Shown here in pieces: positions 44,179-53,525 of a DNA stretch of 64,000 nucleotides. The notes under the pieces are model-generated. The model was not told the origin of the DNA. It made no database searches and saw only the letters and a list, made by a program, of their open reading frames with translations. Source of the DNA: an uncultured Rickettsiales bacterium (GTDB lineage: Bacteria; Pseudomonadota; Alphaproteobacteria; Rickettsiales; SXRF01); the NCBI GenBank assembly GCA_964645205.1, contig CAZYBO010000003.1:634-64633 (forward strand), in the 5' to 3' direction. The position numbers and the translations under genes were made by a program. Position 1 is the first letter of the stretch. Every line of letters starts with the position of its first letter.

Positions 44179-47100
44179 TTATTCGGTTTTCGCAGGCTTA
44201 TCCGCCCCATCGAAAATATTGCGCAGGAATCCCGGCGTAAGCATCGAAAGCGGATTTACCGATACGTCCGGCTTTTCTTCCGTGCCCTTTACGCTGTAGC
44301 GCGCGGCAAAGATACCCTGCTTATCGCTGCCGGTAAGTAACCCGCCCACTAACGGTACCTTGCCCAGCACGTTGTTGAAGGTGTAGGCGGGCACGACGGT
44401 GCCCTGAATATCCAGCGTCTTTTTGGGAAAGGTGATGGTGCCGTCGGCGCTCAGGCCTACCGCCGAACCGAAGGTTTTCGCATCATTTAGCGTCAGCACG
44501 TCGTTTTGCAGCGTAAACGGTGCGGCCAGCTTGGTAAAGCGAATGCCATTGCCCTGCAGCGCGTCGATAAAGCCGGTGAGCGAGGCCAGCGAAAGAATGC
44601 GCGCAAGCACAGGCGCGTCCTTGATGACATGCTCGGTGATGACCGCGCGCCCCTTAAGCGTGCTGCCGGTAGCGGCCTCGTCGTAATTACCGGTGATGGT
44701 CAGCTCGCCGCCTTCCATGCTGTCGATAACGCCGAATGACTTAAGCAAAGCCCCGGCATCTTTGGCGTTGAGTGAAAACTGGCGCTTACCCTTGGGATTA
44801 CGCAGGATGCGCAGGTTGAATTCCTTGGCGTCGCCAACCTGTCCGCTGATATTCGCCTTGCTGCATATCCGTACGTCGCAATTTGCCTCTCCCTTAACTT
44901 TCGCAAGCTCGCCCGTGCCGGTGATAACGCGCGCAACATCGGCATCAAGCCGCAGGGCGGGGAAATTTGCAAACGAGAATGTACTCTCCTCACCTTCGGC
45001 CAACGGGGGATTGACTATACCGCTGATGTCGGCGGATGCGCCCTTCGCGACCATCGCCCTGCCCCCTTCGATCAATTCGTAATCGAATGTGGAAAGCACG
45101 GTATTGCCCAGCGCGATGTCGCGTACGCTGGCGCTCTGGATTTCCGTCAGGTCGCGGTTGAGTACCGCGCTGCCGCCGGCCTTTATGCCATCGCCGCTTA
45201 AGTGGAATTTCGGGATGGTGACGATGCCATCGCGCTTTTCCGCTTCGATGGTGAAAGTCGCCGCCGTTTTTTCCGGCTTCGTCCATGCGATGGTGGCAAG
45301 CGATACGGTAGCATCGGTCAAGTCGATAGTCGCCACCGAGGACTCCGCGTTATCGCCGAGCTTTACCTTCGCCTTCACACCGAGCGTGCCTTTGAGGAAC
45401 GGAAACGCGGGGTAGCCGAATTTCGGCAACGCCTCAACCGGTGCAGCAGCCGTCACGTCGATCAGCGTGTCGAACCCGTCCTCGGGCGTAAACAGGTAGC
45501 TTACATCGGATTCCGATACGGATGCGCCGTTGACGTTGCCCTTACCCTTGAACGTCACCGCACGGCTGTTTACCAGCAATTCGCCTTCCGCACCCTCGAT
45601 GTCGAATTTTTTCATGAACCCTTCCTGCGCGATGTCTTTGAGCTTGGCTACGACATCGTAGGAAACATCGTCCTCGGAGCCCTCGGGCGCGAAGAAATGG
45701 AAGCCAAGCTCCGCATGCAGCGTGCCGGAGCCTTTGATTGCGTCTGCTTTCAGGTTCAGGTGGTCGGCATGGCCGAGGCGCGGGAGTTTCAGGAAAGCCA
45801 CCGCGTCCTTGGCTGTTACACTGGCATCAATGCCGATCGTGATATACGGATTGTCGGCGTTGAGATCGTCGAGCGCGAGTTTGCCTGCGGTGATTTTGCT
45901 GCCTTCGAGGTAATCGGCATGGGCAATGTCAGCGGAAAGCGACACGCCGTCTACATGGATGACACCCTTGACATTATGCACCTGCGGATGCTCCGGCAGG
46001 TAGCGAATAGTGGCGCCTTCCAGCGCAATCGAGGCATCCACGGCCTCCTTCGGCAGCACCGGCTTGGCCAGATCGCCTGCCTGAATATCGACATGCACCT
46101 CCGCGCGGGTCACCTTGCCGTTAGTGATATTGGTGGTGACCCACTCGCGCGATACCGGCGAAAGGCTCGGCGGCCAGAACAGATTGACGCTTCCGGCATT
46201 GCCGTTTTCCAATATGAGTTTGGCGCTGACCGCCGTCCCTTCTTCTTTTAGGCCGATTGCCGCATCGCCGCTGATCAGCGTGCCGTCTACATCCAACGCC
46301 AGTGCGCTGATTCGTATGGCTTTCGCATCATCTGCCAGCGTACCGGCAACGCGCAGCGAATTAACCGGCACGCTTCCTGCGAGCTGGTCTGAATCGATGC
46401 TGCCCTTGCCGCCTTCCAGGGTAAAGGCCATATTTTGCAGGGAGCCTTCCTTGGTGAAGGACAGTTTCGATTGACCTGAAAGCGGCACGTTCACCGCGCT
46501 GACAATGGAATTCTCGACGAACAGCGACGTCAGCAGGCCGGGCGCGACATCCCTGAAATCGAACGCGGCGTCGATGGTGGGCAAATCGCGCCCCATCAAT
46601 ATATGCGCCTGCAACGAGGATTCCTTATCGCCGTAAATCATCTGCGCGGCGGACGCTACCGCGATCTCGCCTTTACGGTTGCGCCCGGCCTGTATATCCA
46701 CATGCGTCAGCTTGAAAAACACGCCCTGTTTCAGATTACCGATGCTTACATTGGCGTCGCGTATCGCAACGCGTTTCAATGCGCGCAGGTTCCCGGCATC
46801 GTCCGATGAGAGCAACGGCGCGAGCAGCGCCACCACGGACACGGTAGGCGGCGCTTCCGCACCTCCTTCGTGGCTACCGAAGCCGAAGCTGATGCTGCGG
46901 TCTTCGTTCTGGAGCAGGCTGATTACCGGCTTATTGATGGTGATGGAGGCGGGCAGCAACTTCCCCATCGGTAACGAGAGCAGGTCGATGCCGAGTGAAA
47001 TTTCCGGGAAGGATGAGAATACGCGTCCCTCCCGCGTGAGCACCTTCACGTCACGCACACGGATGTCAATCGGGTGCCGCCAGCCGTCCCAGATCAACCA

Positions 47101-47295
47101 TGTTTCTCCGACATCGACGGTGTATGTACCGTCGGTCGCCGCCAGCATGCCTTCAATGGTAGGAGTAAGCCTTTCCAGCGAGCGCGGCCCCGTGGCGACC
47201 CACAGCAGAAGCGCATTGAACGCAAGCAGCCCCAGCACGATAATGCCGAGGAGCGAACCTACGATAATCTTGCGTAATTCGTGCTTTAGTGACAT
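44179..47295 (-). CDS. AsmA/YhdP-like (DUF3971) large envelope protein
   Basis: N-terminal TM anchor, a long beta-rich body, and a C-terminal region typical of AsmA-like proteins. Confidence 0.7.
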   Translation of the reverse strand: MSLKHELRKIIVGSLLGIIVLGLLAFNALLLWVATGPRSLERLTPTIEGMLAATDGTYTVDVGETWLIWDGWRHPIDIRVRDVKVLTREGRVFSSFPEISLGIDLLSLPMGKLLPASITINKPVISLLQNEDRSISFGFGSHEGGAEAPPTVSVVALLAPLLSSDDAGNLRALKRVAIRDANVSIGNLKQGVFFKLTHVDIQAGRNRKGEIAVASAAQMIYGDKESSLQAHILMGRDLPTIDAAFDFRDVAPGLLTSLFVENSIVSAVNVPLSGQSKLSFTKEGSLQNMAFTLEGGKGSIDSDQLAGSVPVNSLRVAGTLADDAKAIRISALALDVDGTLISGDAAIGLKEEGTAVSAKLILENGNAGSVNLFWPPSLSPVSREWVTTNITNGKVTRAEVHVDIQAGDLAKPVLPKEAVDASIALEGATIRYLPEHPQVHNVKGVIHVDGVSLSADIAHADYLEGSKITAGKLALDDLNADNPYITIGIDASVTAKDAVAFLKLPRLGHADHLNLKADAIKGSGTLHAELGFHFFAPEGSEDDVSYDVVAKLKDIAQEGFMKKFDIEGAEGELLVNSRAVTFKGKGNVNGASVSESDVSYLFTPEDGFDTLIDVTAAAPVEALPKFGYPAFPFLKGTLGVKAKVKLGDNAESSVATIDLTDATVSLATIAWTKPEKTAATFTIEAEKRDGIVTIPKFHLSGDGIKAGGSAVLNRDLTEIQSASVRDIALGNTVLSTFDYELIEGGRAMVAKGASADISGIVNPPLAEGEESTFSFANFPALRLDADVARVITGTGELAKVKGEANCDVRICSKANISGQVGDAKEFNLRILRNPKGKRQFSLNAKDAGALLKSFGVIDSMEGGELTITGNYDEAATGSTLKGRAVITEHVIKDAPVLARILSLASLTGFIDALQGNGIRFTKLAAPFTLQNDVLTLNDAKTFGSAVGLSADGTITFPKKTLDIQGTVVPAYTFNNVLGKVPLVGGLLTGSDKQGIFAARYSVKGTEEKPDVSVNPLSMLTPGFLRNIFDGADKPAKTE

Positions 47296-47340
47296 GCGCT
47301 ACAAATAATGTATCTTGCCTGCAAAGGGAACATTTAATCT

Positions 47341-50145
47341 ATGCTGAACCTACACGACCCCGGAATGCAGCAACGGCTGGAAACCATCGTACAGGCGCAC
47401 TCGCCGTACCTGTCGCACCTGCTGACCGCCCATCCCGGCATCCTGCCGCAGGTTTGCAATGACGGCGTAGCGGCCCCCTACGCGGAGCTGATGGAATCGC
47501 TTTCGATCTGCAACCTTGATGAAACTGCGGACATGCTTATGCAGCGCCTGCGCGTGGCGAAAGGCAAGCTCGCGTTGATGGTGGCGCTGGCAGACATCGC
47601 AGAGCTATGGAAACTGGAAGAAGTCACCGGCGCATTATCAGCATTTGCCGACCGCGCGGTGGCGCTTTCCATCGATACGCTGCTGCGCATCGCGCACCAG
47701 CGCGGGGAAATATTGCTGCGCGACCTCGGCCTGCCGTCGCAGGATAGCGGTATCGTCGTGCTGGGCATGGGTAAGCTCGGCGCGGGCGAGCTGAATTATT
47801 CAAGCGACATCGACCTGATCATTTTCTACGAACCGGGGAAAATCGGTTATAAGGGGCGCCATAGCGAACAGCGCTTCATGAATAAGCTGGCGCAGGAGCT
47901 GGTGCATGTCATGCAGGAGCGCACGAAGGACGGGTACGTGTTTCGCACCGACCTTCGCCTCCGCCCCGATCCCGCCTCGACGCCCCCTGCCATTACCATC
48001 GACGCGGCCGCAAGTTATTACGAGAGCGTCGGGCAGAACTGGGAACGCGCGGCAATGATCAAGGCGCGCGCCATCGCCGGAGATATTCCGGCAGGCGAAC
48101 TGTTCATGAAAAACCTGACGCCGTTCATGTGGCGCAGGAGCCTCGATTTCGCATCGATCAACGACATTCACTCGATCAAGCGGCAGATGGACACGCGGCA
48201 GGGCAAGGACATGCAGATGCGCGGGCATAATATCAAGCTCGGCATGGGCGGTATCCGCGAAATTGAATTTTACGTACAGATCCACCAGCTCATCTGGGGC
48301 GGCCGCGAGCCGACGCTGCGCGCGCGCCCTACTTGCGAAACCCTTATGCAGCTTGCCGCACTCGGGCGCATTACGCAGGACATCGCCGATGCGCTGAAAG
48401 AAGCATACGGTTTCCTGCGCAAGCTGGAGCACCGGCTGCAAATGGTCGCGGATGAACAGACGCACACCCTCCCGGAATCGGATGCGGTGATCGCCTCCAT
48501 CTCCGCTTTCATGGGATTCGCGTCGGTAGCGGATTTTGAACATACCCTCCTGGGGTATCTGCACAGGGTGCATGATGTGTATGCATCCTCGTTCAAAGGC
48601 GCGGAAAAACTTGGCGATGTCGGCAACCTCGTATTTACCGGCGTGAGCCATGATCCCGACACGCTGGAAACGCTGCGGAAATTCGGCTATGCCAGCCCGG
48701 AGACCGTGTCGGAAATCGTGATGGGATGGCATCACGGCTCCTGCCGCGCCACGCGAACCAAGCGCGCGCGCGAGCTGCTCACCGAGTTAATGCCTGCGCT
48801 TATCAAGCGGCTCGCTGAAACCGCCAATCCCGATGCGGCCTTCCTCAAATTCAACGAATTCCTCAGAAACCTGCCTGCCGGCGTGCAACTTTTCTCACTG
48901 TTTCAGGCGAACCCGCAACTGCTCGGGCTGATCGCGGATATTCTAGGAAGCGCTCCTAGCCTCGCTGAACGCCTGAGTAAATCGCCAAGCCTGCTCGACG
49001 CGGTAATAAGCCCGGATTTTTATGCGGCGTTGCCGCCGGTGGAGCTGCTGCTGTTGCAGCTTCGCGACGCCGTTTCCCTCGATCGCGATTTCGAGGAGCA
49101 TATGGACGGGTTGCGCCGTTTCCGCAATGAAAAGCAATTCCATGCAGGGGTGCATCTGCTCAAAGGGTTGGTAACCGCGCACGAATCCGGGGCATTCCTC
49201 GCCAACCTCGCCGATTTGATGGTGGAAGAAACCTTGCGCGCAGTGACGGAGGAATTCAAACGCAGCTACGGCACGATCGCGGGCAGCCACTTTGCCGTCA
49301 TAGCGCTGGGAAAGCTCGGCAGCCGCGAGATGACGTTCAGCTCCGATATTGACCTTGTGTTCATCTACGAAGTACCGGATTTCGAGCACTGGTCGGACGG
49401 TGAAAAATCGTTCACCGCCAGCGTTTATTTCAACCGTTTCGCGCAGCGATTCCTGCATGCGCTGACTTTCTTGGGCAATGACGGAAGACTGTATGAGGTG
49501 GATACGCGCCTGCGCCCGTCGGGTAAACAGGGGCTGCTTGCGGTGAGCGTGCGCGCGCTTGATCATTATTTCACCGAGCTGGCGTGGACGTTTGAATATA
49601 TGGCCTTCACCAAGGCGCGCGTAGTGTGCGCCAATAGCACGTTGGGCGAAAAACTTTCCGCGTTTATCTGCGAACAGGTTCGCAAACCCCGCGATGCCGC
49701 AAAGCTGAAAACGGATGTCTGCGATATGCGCGAGCGGATGGAAGCCGAGTTCGGCACAAAAAATCCCTGGCACATCAAATATGTGCGCGGCGGGCTGGTT
49801 GACCTCGATTTTATCGCACAGTATCTGCTGCTACTCCATGCGCCGTCTACCCCCGGCGCACAACCCGGCAGCACGCGCCAAACCATAGTGTGGCTAAGAC
49901 AGAACGGCCTGCTGGCATCCGATATCGCCGATAGCCTGCTGGCCGCCGACCATTTCCTCGGGCAGATTTTCAATATGCTGCGCCTGTGCACCGATTCGGA
50001 TTTCGACGACAGAACCACGCCCCCCGGCCTGAAAAAACTCCTGTGCCAAGCCGTGGGAAGCCCGGATTTCGAGACTCTCACCACACAACTGATTACCATT
50101 GAACAGGACGTATACCGGCACTATATTGCCCTAGTCGCTACCTAA
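47341..50145 (+). CDS. glnE: bifunctional glutamine synthetase adenylyltransferase/adenylyl-removing enzyme
   Basis: Two nucleotidyltransferase cores, GKLGAGELNYSSDIDLI and GKLGSREMTFSSDIDLV. Confidence 0.95.
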   Translation: MLNLHDPGMQQRLETIVQAHSPYLSHLLTAHPGILPQVCNDGVAAPYAELMESLSICNLDETADMLMQRLRVAKGKLALMVALADIAELWKLEEVTGALSAFADRAVALSIDTLLRIAHQRGEILLRDLGLPSQDSGIVVLGMGKLGAGELNYSSDIDLIIFYEPGKIGYKGRHSEQRFMNKLAQELVHVMQERTKDGYVFRTDLRLRPDPASTPPAITIDAAASYYESVGQNWERAAMIKARAIAGDIPAGELFMKNLTPFMWRRSLDFASINDIHSIKRQMDTRQGKDMQMRGHNIKLGMGGIREIEFYVQIHQLIWGGREPTLRARPTCETLMQLAALGRITQDIADALKEAYGFLRKLEHRLQMVADEQTHTLPESDAVIASISAFMGFASVADFEHTLLGYLHRVHDVYASSFKGAEKLGDVGNLVFTGVSHDPDTLETLRKFGYASPETVSEIVMGWHHGSCRATRTKRARELLTELMPALIKRLAETANPDAAFLKFNEFLRNLPAGVQLFSLFQANPQLLGLIADILGSAPSLAERLSKSPSLLDAVISPDFYAALPPVELLLLQLRDAVSLDRDFEEHMDGLRRFRNEKQFHAGVHLLKGLVTAHESGAFLANLADLMVEETLRAVTEEFKRSYGTIAGSHFAVIALGKLGSREMTFSSDIDLVFIYEVPDFEHWSDGEKSFTASVYFNRFAQRFLHALTFLGNDGRLYEVDTRLRPSGKQGLLAVSVRALDHYFTELAWTFEYMAFTKARVVCANSTLGEKLSAFICEQVRKPRDAAKLKTDVCDMRERMEAEFGTKNPWHIKYVRGGLVDLDFIAQYLLLLHAPSTPGAQPGSTRQTIVWLRQNGLLASDIADSLLAADHFLGQIFNMLRLCTDSDFDDRTTPPGLKKLLCQAVGSPDFETLTTQLITIEQDVYRHYIALVAT

Positions 50146-50164
50146 ACCCGATAAGGAGAAGCCT

Positions 50165-50659
50165 ATGACAGCTCAAGCCGCACGCAATATTCCCGCCCCG
50201 CTTAATGCCGGAACGAAGGCTCCCGATTTTTCCATGCCGACGGATGAAGGCGACACCGTAAGCCTTGCCGGATTGAAGGGCAAAAACATCGTGCTGTATT
50301 TCTACCCGAAGGACGATACCCCCGGCTGCACTATCGAAGCCAAGGATTTCCGCGATCATATCAAGGAATTCGGCAAGTTCGACACGGTGGTGATCGGCGT
50401 ATCGAAAGACTCTATCGACAGCCACGGCAAGTTCCGCGAAAAATACTGCCTGCCCTTTCCGCTCGCCTCCGACGAAAGCGGCGCGGTGTGCGAAGCCTAT
50501 GGCACGTGGGGCGAAAAAAGCATGTACGGCAAAACCTACATGGGCATCGAGCGCACCACCTACCTCATCGACAAAACCGGCACCATCCGCAACGTATGGC
50601 GCAAGGTGAAGGTGGATGGGCATGTGGAAGAAGTGTTGAATACCGTAAAAACGATGTAG
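50165..50659 (+). CDS. bcp: thioredoxin-dependent peroxiredoxin Bcp
   Basis: YFYPKDDTPGCT active-site motif. Confidence 0.92.
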   Translation: MTAQAARNIPAPLNAGTKAPDFSMPTDEGDTVSLAGLKGKNIVLYFYPKDDTPGCTIEAKDFRDHIKEFGKFDTVVIGVSKDSIDSHGKFREKYCLPFPLASDESGAVCEAYGTWGEKSMYGKTYMGIERTTYLIDKTGTIRNVWRKVKVDGHVEEVLNTVKTM

Positions 50660-50664
50660 AAAAC

Positions 50665-50733
50665 CGTCATCCTGAACGTAGTGAAGGATCCACTTGCGGC
50701 AAAGAAAGATCCTTCGCTGCGCTCAGGATGACA
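50665..50733. repeat. palindromic repeat family B, copy B3
   Basis: Same termini. Fills the gap between the convergent bcp and uvrD stops, so it is a candidate bidirectional terminator. Confidence 0.9.
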
Positions 50734-50739
50734 CTCCGT

Positions 50740-52890
50740 TTACGCAGGCTCCACGAAATCTGCCAGCACTTTCTTATGCCCGGCTTTCTCGAATTCAATG
50801 TCGAGATGGCTGCCGCTGACCGACTGTATCCGTCCGTAACCGAATTTGACGTGGAACACGCGCTTGCCTTTGCTGTAGGGCGATTCGCTAGCGGGTTTGG
50901 CAGCGGTGCCTAAGATGCTCGCCACCTCGTTCTGCCAGTTGGGCGTGGGTTTGCGCGGGGCGGTGTTCATGCCGCCGGGCTGTTTTTCGATATATTCGGA
51001 CGGAATTTCGCCGATGAAGCGCGACGGGATGCTGCTCTGCCACTGATTGTAGATGCGGCGGTTGGCGGCGTGCGAGATGATGAGGTTTTTGCGCGCACGG
51101 GTGATGCCTACATAGGCAAGTCGGCGTTCTTCTTCCAGCCCTTTGCCGCCGCTTTCGTCGAGCGCGCGCTGGTGCGGGAATACGCCTTCTTCCCAGCCGG
51201 GGAGGAATACGACATCAAATTCCAAACCCTTGGCGGCATGGAGCGTCATGAGGCTGACCATGTCGGTGTCATTGCCGGTCACAGCAGCTTCGGTGACCAG
51301 GCTCACATGTTCTAAAAACGCCTGCGCGCTTTCAAAATCGCCGATGGCGCGCACGAGTTCTTTTAAGTTTTCCAGCCTGCCTGCCGCGTCGGGCGATTTT
51401 TCCAACGCCCACATCTGGCGGTAGCCGCTTTCCTCCAGTACCAGCTCGGTAACTTCGGAGAGAGATAATTCTTCCATGCGTTTGCGCCAGCGTTCGCAGC
51501 TGTTGATGAATTGGTTGAGCGCCGCGCCCAGCTTGCCTTTGAGCGCTCCGGTTTGCAGCAGGTGTATAGTGGCGTTGTACAGCGAAGTATTCATGCTGCG
51601 CGCGGTGGTGTGCAACTGTTGCAATGTCGCCTGCCCGATGCCGCGCTTGGGCGTGTTGATGATGCGCTCAAACGCTAAATCGTCGGTGGGAACGACCAAC
51701 AGGCGCAAATAGGCCACGATGTCGCGGATTTCCGCACGCTCATAAAAGCGCAAACCGCCGACCACGCGGTACGGCACGCCGAGCGTAAGGAACCGTTCTT
51801 CAAACGCGCGCGTCTGGAAACCGGCGCGAACCAGTATCGCCATTTCCTTTAGCGGCGTGCCCGCACGCTGCAGCGTTTCCACCTCTTCACCGACATGGCG
51901 GGCTTCCTCGCCCTCGTCCCACAGCGATTTGAGTTTGATTTTTTCGCCTTCTTTCACCGGCGTCCACAGCGTTTTTCCGAGGCGGCCGCGGTTATTTGCG
52001 ATAAGCGCGCTGGCGGCGGCTAATATATGCGGGGTAGAGCGGTAATTGCATTCCAGCCGCACGATGGTGGCATCCGGGAAATCGCGCTCGAAACGCAGGA
52101 TGTTGCCTACTTCCGCACCACGCCAGCTATAGATGGATTGATCGTCGTCGCCCACGCAGCAGATGTTTTTATGGCCGATGGCGAGCAGCCGTAGCCAGAG
52201 ATATTGCGCGACGTTCGTATCTTGATATTCATCGACGAGGATATATTTGAAGCGGCGGGAATATTCCTCCAGCACCTGCTGGTGCGCGGTAAACAGTGTG
52301 AGCATGTGCAGGATAAGATCGCCGAAATCCACCGCGTTGAGCTGGCGCAGGCGTTCCTGATAGAGCCGGTAGACGTTGACGCCGTAGCCGCCCGCCTGAT
52401 CGGTATCGTGCCCGCTGGTGATCTTATCCGGCGTCAGCCCCTGATCTTTCCAGCTCTGGATGATGGCAGAAAATAATTTCGGCGGCAGGGATTTTTCGTC
52501 GATTTTTTGCTCGGCGAGGATGGATTTCAGCAGGCGGAGTTGGTCGTCGGTATCAAGGATGGTGAAGCTCGACGTAAGCCCCAGCTTCTCGGCATGGCGG
52601 CGGATGATCCGTACGCCGATGGAATGGAACGTACCCATCCACAACGCCTGCGACGCACCGGTTAAATGCGCCACGCGCTCGGCCATTTCGCGCGAGGCTT
52701 TGTTGGTGAAGGTTACCGCCAGTATCTCACCGGGATAGGCGAGTTTGCTCATGAGGATATGCGCGATGCGCGTGGTGAGCACTCGCGTTTTGCCCGTGCC
52801 TGCGCCTGCGAGCACCAGCACCGCGCCTTCGGTGGCTTCCACGGCTTTGCGCTGCTCGTCGTTCAGTGTATCAAGCAGGGGGTTGGACAT
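50740..52890 (-). CDS. uvrD: ATP-dependent DNA helicase UvrD/PcrA family
   Basis: AGAGTGKT, VDEYQDTN, YRSTPHIL, HAAKGLEFD, VGITRA motifs. Start at ATG 52888-52890 (MSNPLLD). Confidence 0.93.
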   Translation of the reverse strand: MSNPLLDTLNDEQRKAVEATEGAVLVLAGAGTGKTRVLTTRIAHILMSKLAYPGEILAVTFTNKASREMAERVAHLTGASQALWMGTFHSIGVRIIRRHAEKLGLTSSFTILDTDDQLRLLKSILAEQKIDEKSLPPKLFSAIIQSWKDQGLTPDKITSGHDTDQAGGYGVNVYRLYQERLRQLNAVDFGDLILHMLTLFTAHQQVLEEYSRRFKYILVDEYQDTNVAQYLWLRLLAIGHKNICCVGDDDQSIYSWRGAEVGNILRFERDFPDATIVRLECNYRSTPHILAAASALIANNRGRLGKTLWTPVKEGEKIKLKSLWDEGEEARHVGEEVETLQRAGTPLKEMAILVRAGFQTRAFEERFLTLGVPYRVVGGLRFYERAEIRDIVAYLRLLVVPTDDLAFERIINTPKRGIGQATLQQLHTTARSMNTSLYNATIHLLQTGALKGKLGAALNQFINSCERWRKRMEELSLSEVTELVLEESGYRQMWALEKSPDAAGRLENLKELVRAIGDFESAQAFLEHVSLVTEAAVTGNDTDMVSLMTLHAAKGLEFDVVFLPGWEEGVFPHQRALDESGGKGLEEERRLAYVGITRARKNLIISHAANRRIYNQWQSSIPSRFIGEIPSEYIEKQPGGMNTAPRKPTPNWQNEVASILGTAAKPASESPYSKGKRVFHVKFGYGRIQSVSGSHLDIEFEKAGHKKVLADFVEPA

Positions 52891-52910
52891 GGTTTTTTCG
52901 AGCGGTGCAC

Positions 52911-53525
52911 TCACGGCAGCACCAGCAATACCGGCACTATCTGGTGCGCGTGCAGCGCGGAGATAATCGCGAACGCAGGCAGCGGCAGGAAGAATATCGC
53001 GGCATCCAGCAGTGTGCGGCGGATGAATTTCGGTTTGGCGTCCACCTGCTCCGGCTCGTTCCACAATGCGAAATTGGGAATCCAACGCGGCACTTCGCGC
53101 ACATATGCTTCATACTGCGCACCGAATTTATGGGTGAGGAACGCCTCTTCCTTCGCCACCACCTGCTTGTAGTAACCAACATAGGCGCACACCAGCAGCA
53201 CCAGCACCGCAATCGACCCGAACTGCAACGCAATACCCACCGTGGCAAGGAACGAAAACACGTAAAGCGGGTTGCGCACGATGGCGAATACGCCTTCGCG
53301 CACCACCACATCGTTCTTACGGCCGCCAATAAACGCGGAGCAATAGGCACGGCCGAGCGCACCTGCAATAACCAGCGCATAGCCCAGCCACAGCATGCAC
53401 TCACGCGGGAATGCGCCGCGTGTCATGGCAGGTTCGCTGACCAGCAGCACGGCCACCAGCGCGCCTGCGAAAATACGACTGTGGAACTGGCGGGCTTTGA
53501 GGAGTTTCGGCGTGTCGGCGGTCAT
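52911..53525 (-). CDS. isoprenylcysteine carboxyl methyltransferase (ICMT/PEMT) family membrane protein
   Basis: The VREGVFAIVRNPLY motif and TM helices. The ATG overlaps the comEC stop. Confidence 0.7.
   Translation of the reverse strand: MTADTPKLLKARQFHSRIFAGALVAVLLVSEPAMTRGAFPRECMLWLGYALVIAGALGRAYCSAFIGGRKNDVVVREGVFAIVRNPLYVFSFLATVGIALQFGSIAVLVLLVCAYVGYYKQVVAKEEAFLTHKFGAQYEAYVREVPRWIPNFALWNEPEQVDAKPKFIRRTLLDAAIFFLPLPAFAIISALHAHQIVPVLLVLP

Noticed and set aside
45202-46251. 349-aa plus-strand ORF inside the AsmA/YhdP-like gene. Similar long antisense ORFs lie at 47800-48735 and 48943-49773 (glnE), 17795-18688 (fliF), 10779-11615 (parE), 14115-14963 and 61885-62589.
   Set aside because: All lie antisense to genes with strong family motifs. 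They have Arg/His-rich compositions and no recognisable domains, so they are treated as GC-driven artefacts.
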